64,000 nt of DNA from the human T2T-CHM13v2.0 reference genome, Homo sapiens. This document shows positions 53,421 through 64,000 of the stretch, one piece after another. The stretch lies in NCBI RefSeq assembly GCF_009914755.1, contig NC_060948.1. One strand, 5' to 3'. Each line of letters starts with the position of its first letter. Positions within the stretch are counted from its first letter, which is position 1. Position numbers and translations under genes: made by a program. The notes beneath the pieces were generated by a model, which made no database searches, was not told the DNA's origin, and saw only the letters and a program-made list of their open reading frames with translations.

Positions 53421-55457
53421 AAACATTACAATCCCCAGTGGAAGCAGGATCCAGTCAGAGGAGGTGAGACAGGTAAACTAGATGATGGATTCAGAGACAT
53501 TTTACAATCCTTCCTGAGGATATTGTTAAGACAGGAGAGTCAAATCACAAATGTGACCAGCTGAGGTATATGTGCAAATCTCATTTGTGGACTGCACCTA
53601 GGCAGGATTATTAAGTCACCCAGGAACTGGGCAAATGTATATGTCACAGTAACACTAGTGAAATGCTCCAGAAACAGGAGTCACCTTCTTGTATATGACC
53701 TGGCTCCAGATTTAAGAGTCATGATTAGTCCTCTTATCTCATCTCAGGTATATGGCAAAATATCACCTGTGTGCAGAGAGCAAGTGGGAAGGTCACCACA
53801 CCTGGGTGGGTGCTGGTCCAGTGAGATGTCACAATCCATCTTCTGGGCAGGACCCTGGAAGAAGCATCACATCAGCTGGATACTGTTTTTAGTGATATAT
53901 CAAAATTCCACCTGTGAGCAGGGCTTAAGAAAGAGAGGAGGGTCACTTCACCTAGGCAATTGGCATAGATATATGTCACAATGGGTGCTATGTGCAAAAC
54001 CAAGGTATAAAAGTGACCACACCTTGGTGCTGGGTTTATCAATATGTCACAATCTCCCCTGTGATCAGGTCAAGACAAGAGAGTAGAAACATGACCTAAG
54101 TGCTGAGCAAAGTGATATGTTGTTACAAAGCTTCTCATTGGTAGAACCCAAAAGGGAGAGTCACAGCACCTGGGTGCAGAACCCAGTTATGTGTCTTAAT
54201 GCACCATAAGTGCAGGGCCAAGGCAGTAGAAGGGAGTCACAGTGCAGTTTGTAGGCAATCCCAGGCACCTATGCTTAGGTGTATGGTTCAATTATGTCAC
54301 AGTTTTGTCTGTGGTTATGGCCTAAAAAGGAGAGTCCAGTTATTCAGAAGCTAGGCTAACTTTTGTCTTAAGCGCACACCAGGAAATATTCAGATATAAG
54401 TTTCACAGTCCCATGAAAGTCCAACATTTGAGTATTTGAGTCAACACACCCTATCAGTTGGGTTGAAGTAGAGGAGTCACAATCTCAACAGTGGGCAAGA
54501 TCCATGTATAAGATGCCCAATTCCACTTGAAGATTGTGTTCCAGTAGGGGAGTCACAGCCTCACAGGTGTGCTGAATTATGCATCACCAAAAGACCCGGG
54601 GATCAGATCCAAGTATGAGAGGAACAGTTTCAAACTTTGACAGCTCTTTTGTGTGAGATTTAGTACCTATTTTTTTGGCTCTGTTCTTGTGAGAGAATGA
54701 CAGTCGGGTCAGCTGAATATATATCCAAGGGTCTCAATAGCATCAGATTGCTGTCCCTGTTATGAAATTATTTGTACTACTCAGGCTTTATGTCATATGC
54801 CTGAGTGTCATAGTTTTCTGTAAACTTTATAAAATTAGTAGACACATTTCTTTACTTATGGTCATAAGACTGGTTATGAAAGACAAAATATCTCTTCTTT
54901 CTGGGTCCAGTTATAATAGCTGTATTTATCCATGTCAGCTGAACCCAGATCTGTCACTGTTTCTCCTGTGCGCAGAACCAAAACAGGAGAGTCTCATCAC
55001 CAGGATTCTAAGCTCACAATACATTATAATATCTTTTTCAGGCAGTGCCAAGTCAGAAGAGTCATGTCATCTGGGTACAGCCTCAAGGTGCTAGCCTCAG
55101 CAATATTTAATAATGCCTTATTTCGCAGACTCCAGAATAAAGAGGAGAATTGCATTATTTAACTTTTGCATTCAGCACTATGTACCTATTTCTTTAGTGC
55201 ACATTACCTAGGCAGGAGAGAGAAGTGACATTTCCTAGATGCTACATTAAAAGATGTCACAATGTTCCTTGGGAGCAAAGCACAGGTAAAATAGACAAAT
55301 CACCTAGGGGATACTCTTGGAGATATGTGATAATATTTCTTGTTGGCAGTGCCCAGGCAGAAGAATGCACATACAGGAAACAATTTAAGCAAAAGCTTTA
55401 ACACGTGGCTACTAGGCCCAGTGATATGACACGATCTCAATGACCCAATATCTCATC

Positions 55458-64000
<8,543 letters not shown>

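Overview
This is primate (most likely human) nuclear DNA with no intact protein-coding gene. About 60% of the window is an old, highly diverged 68-bp beta-satellite (BSR/Beta) array: 1-10.65 kb and 32.3-55.4 kb on +, inverted from about 55.45 kb to the end. The array has nested higher-order units of about 1.7 kb, 4.9/6.5 kb and over 11 kb. It surrounds a roughly 21.6-kb non-satellite island that holds a MER4-group ERV1 internal fragment, the 5' half of an old L1PA, and an unprocessed ZNF736-like C2H2 zinc-finger pseudogene fragment on the minus strand. The finger exon is split by an internally deleted HERV-K11/HML-8 provirus with two MER11 LTRs. Later insertions include several Alus, an LTR14C-like solo LTR, a 5'-truncated L1PA and a twin-primed 5'-inverted L1PA. 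The combination suggests a Y-chromosome ampliconic or ZNF736-pseudogene region (inference). The most striking observation is that the antisense strand of the satellite higher-order unit translates into ungapped matches to the testis protein BPY2/VCY2 as I recall it (23/39 identities in two separate copies), implying that BPY2 coding exons were recruited from beta-satellite DNA. All family names come from recognition, not database searches.
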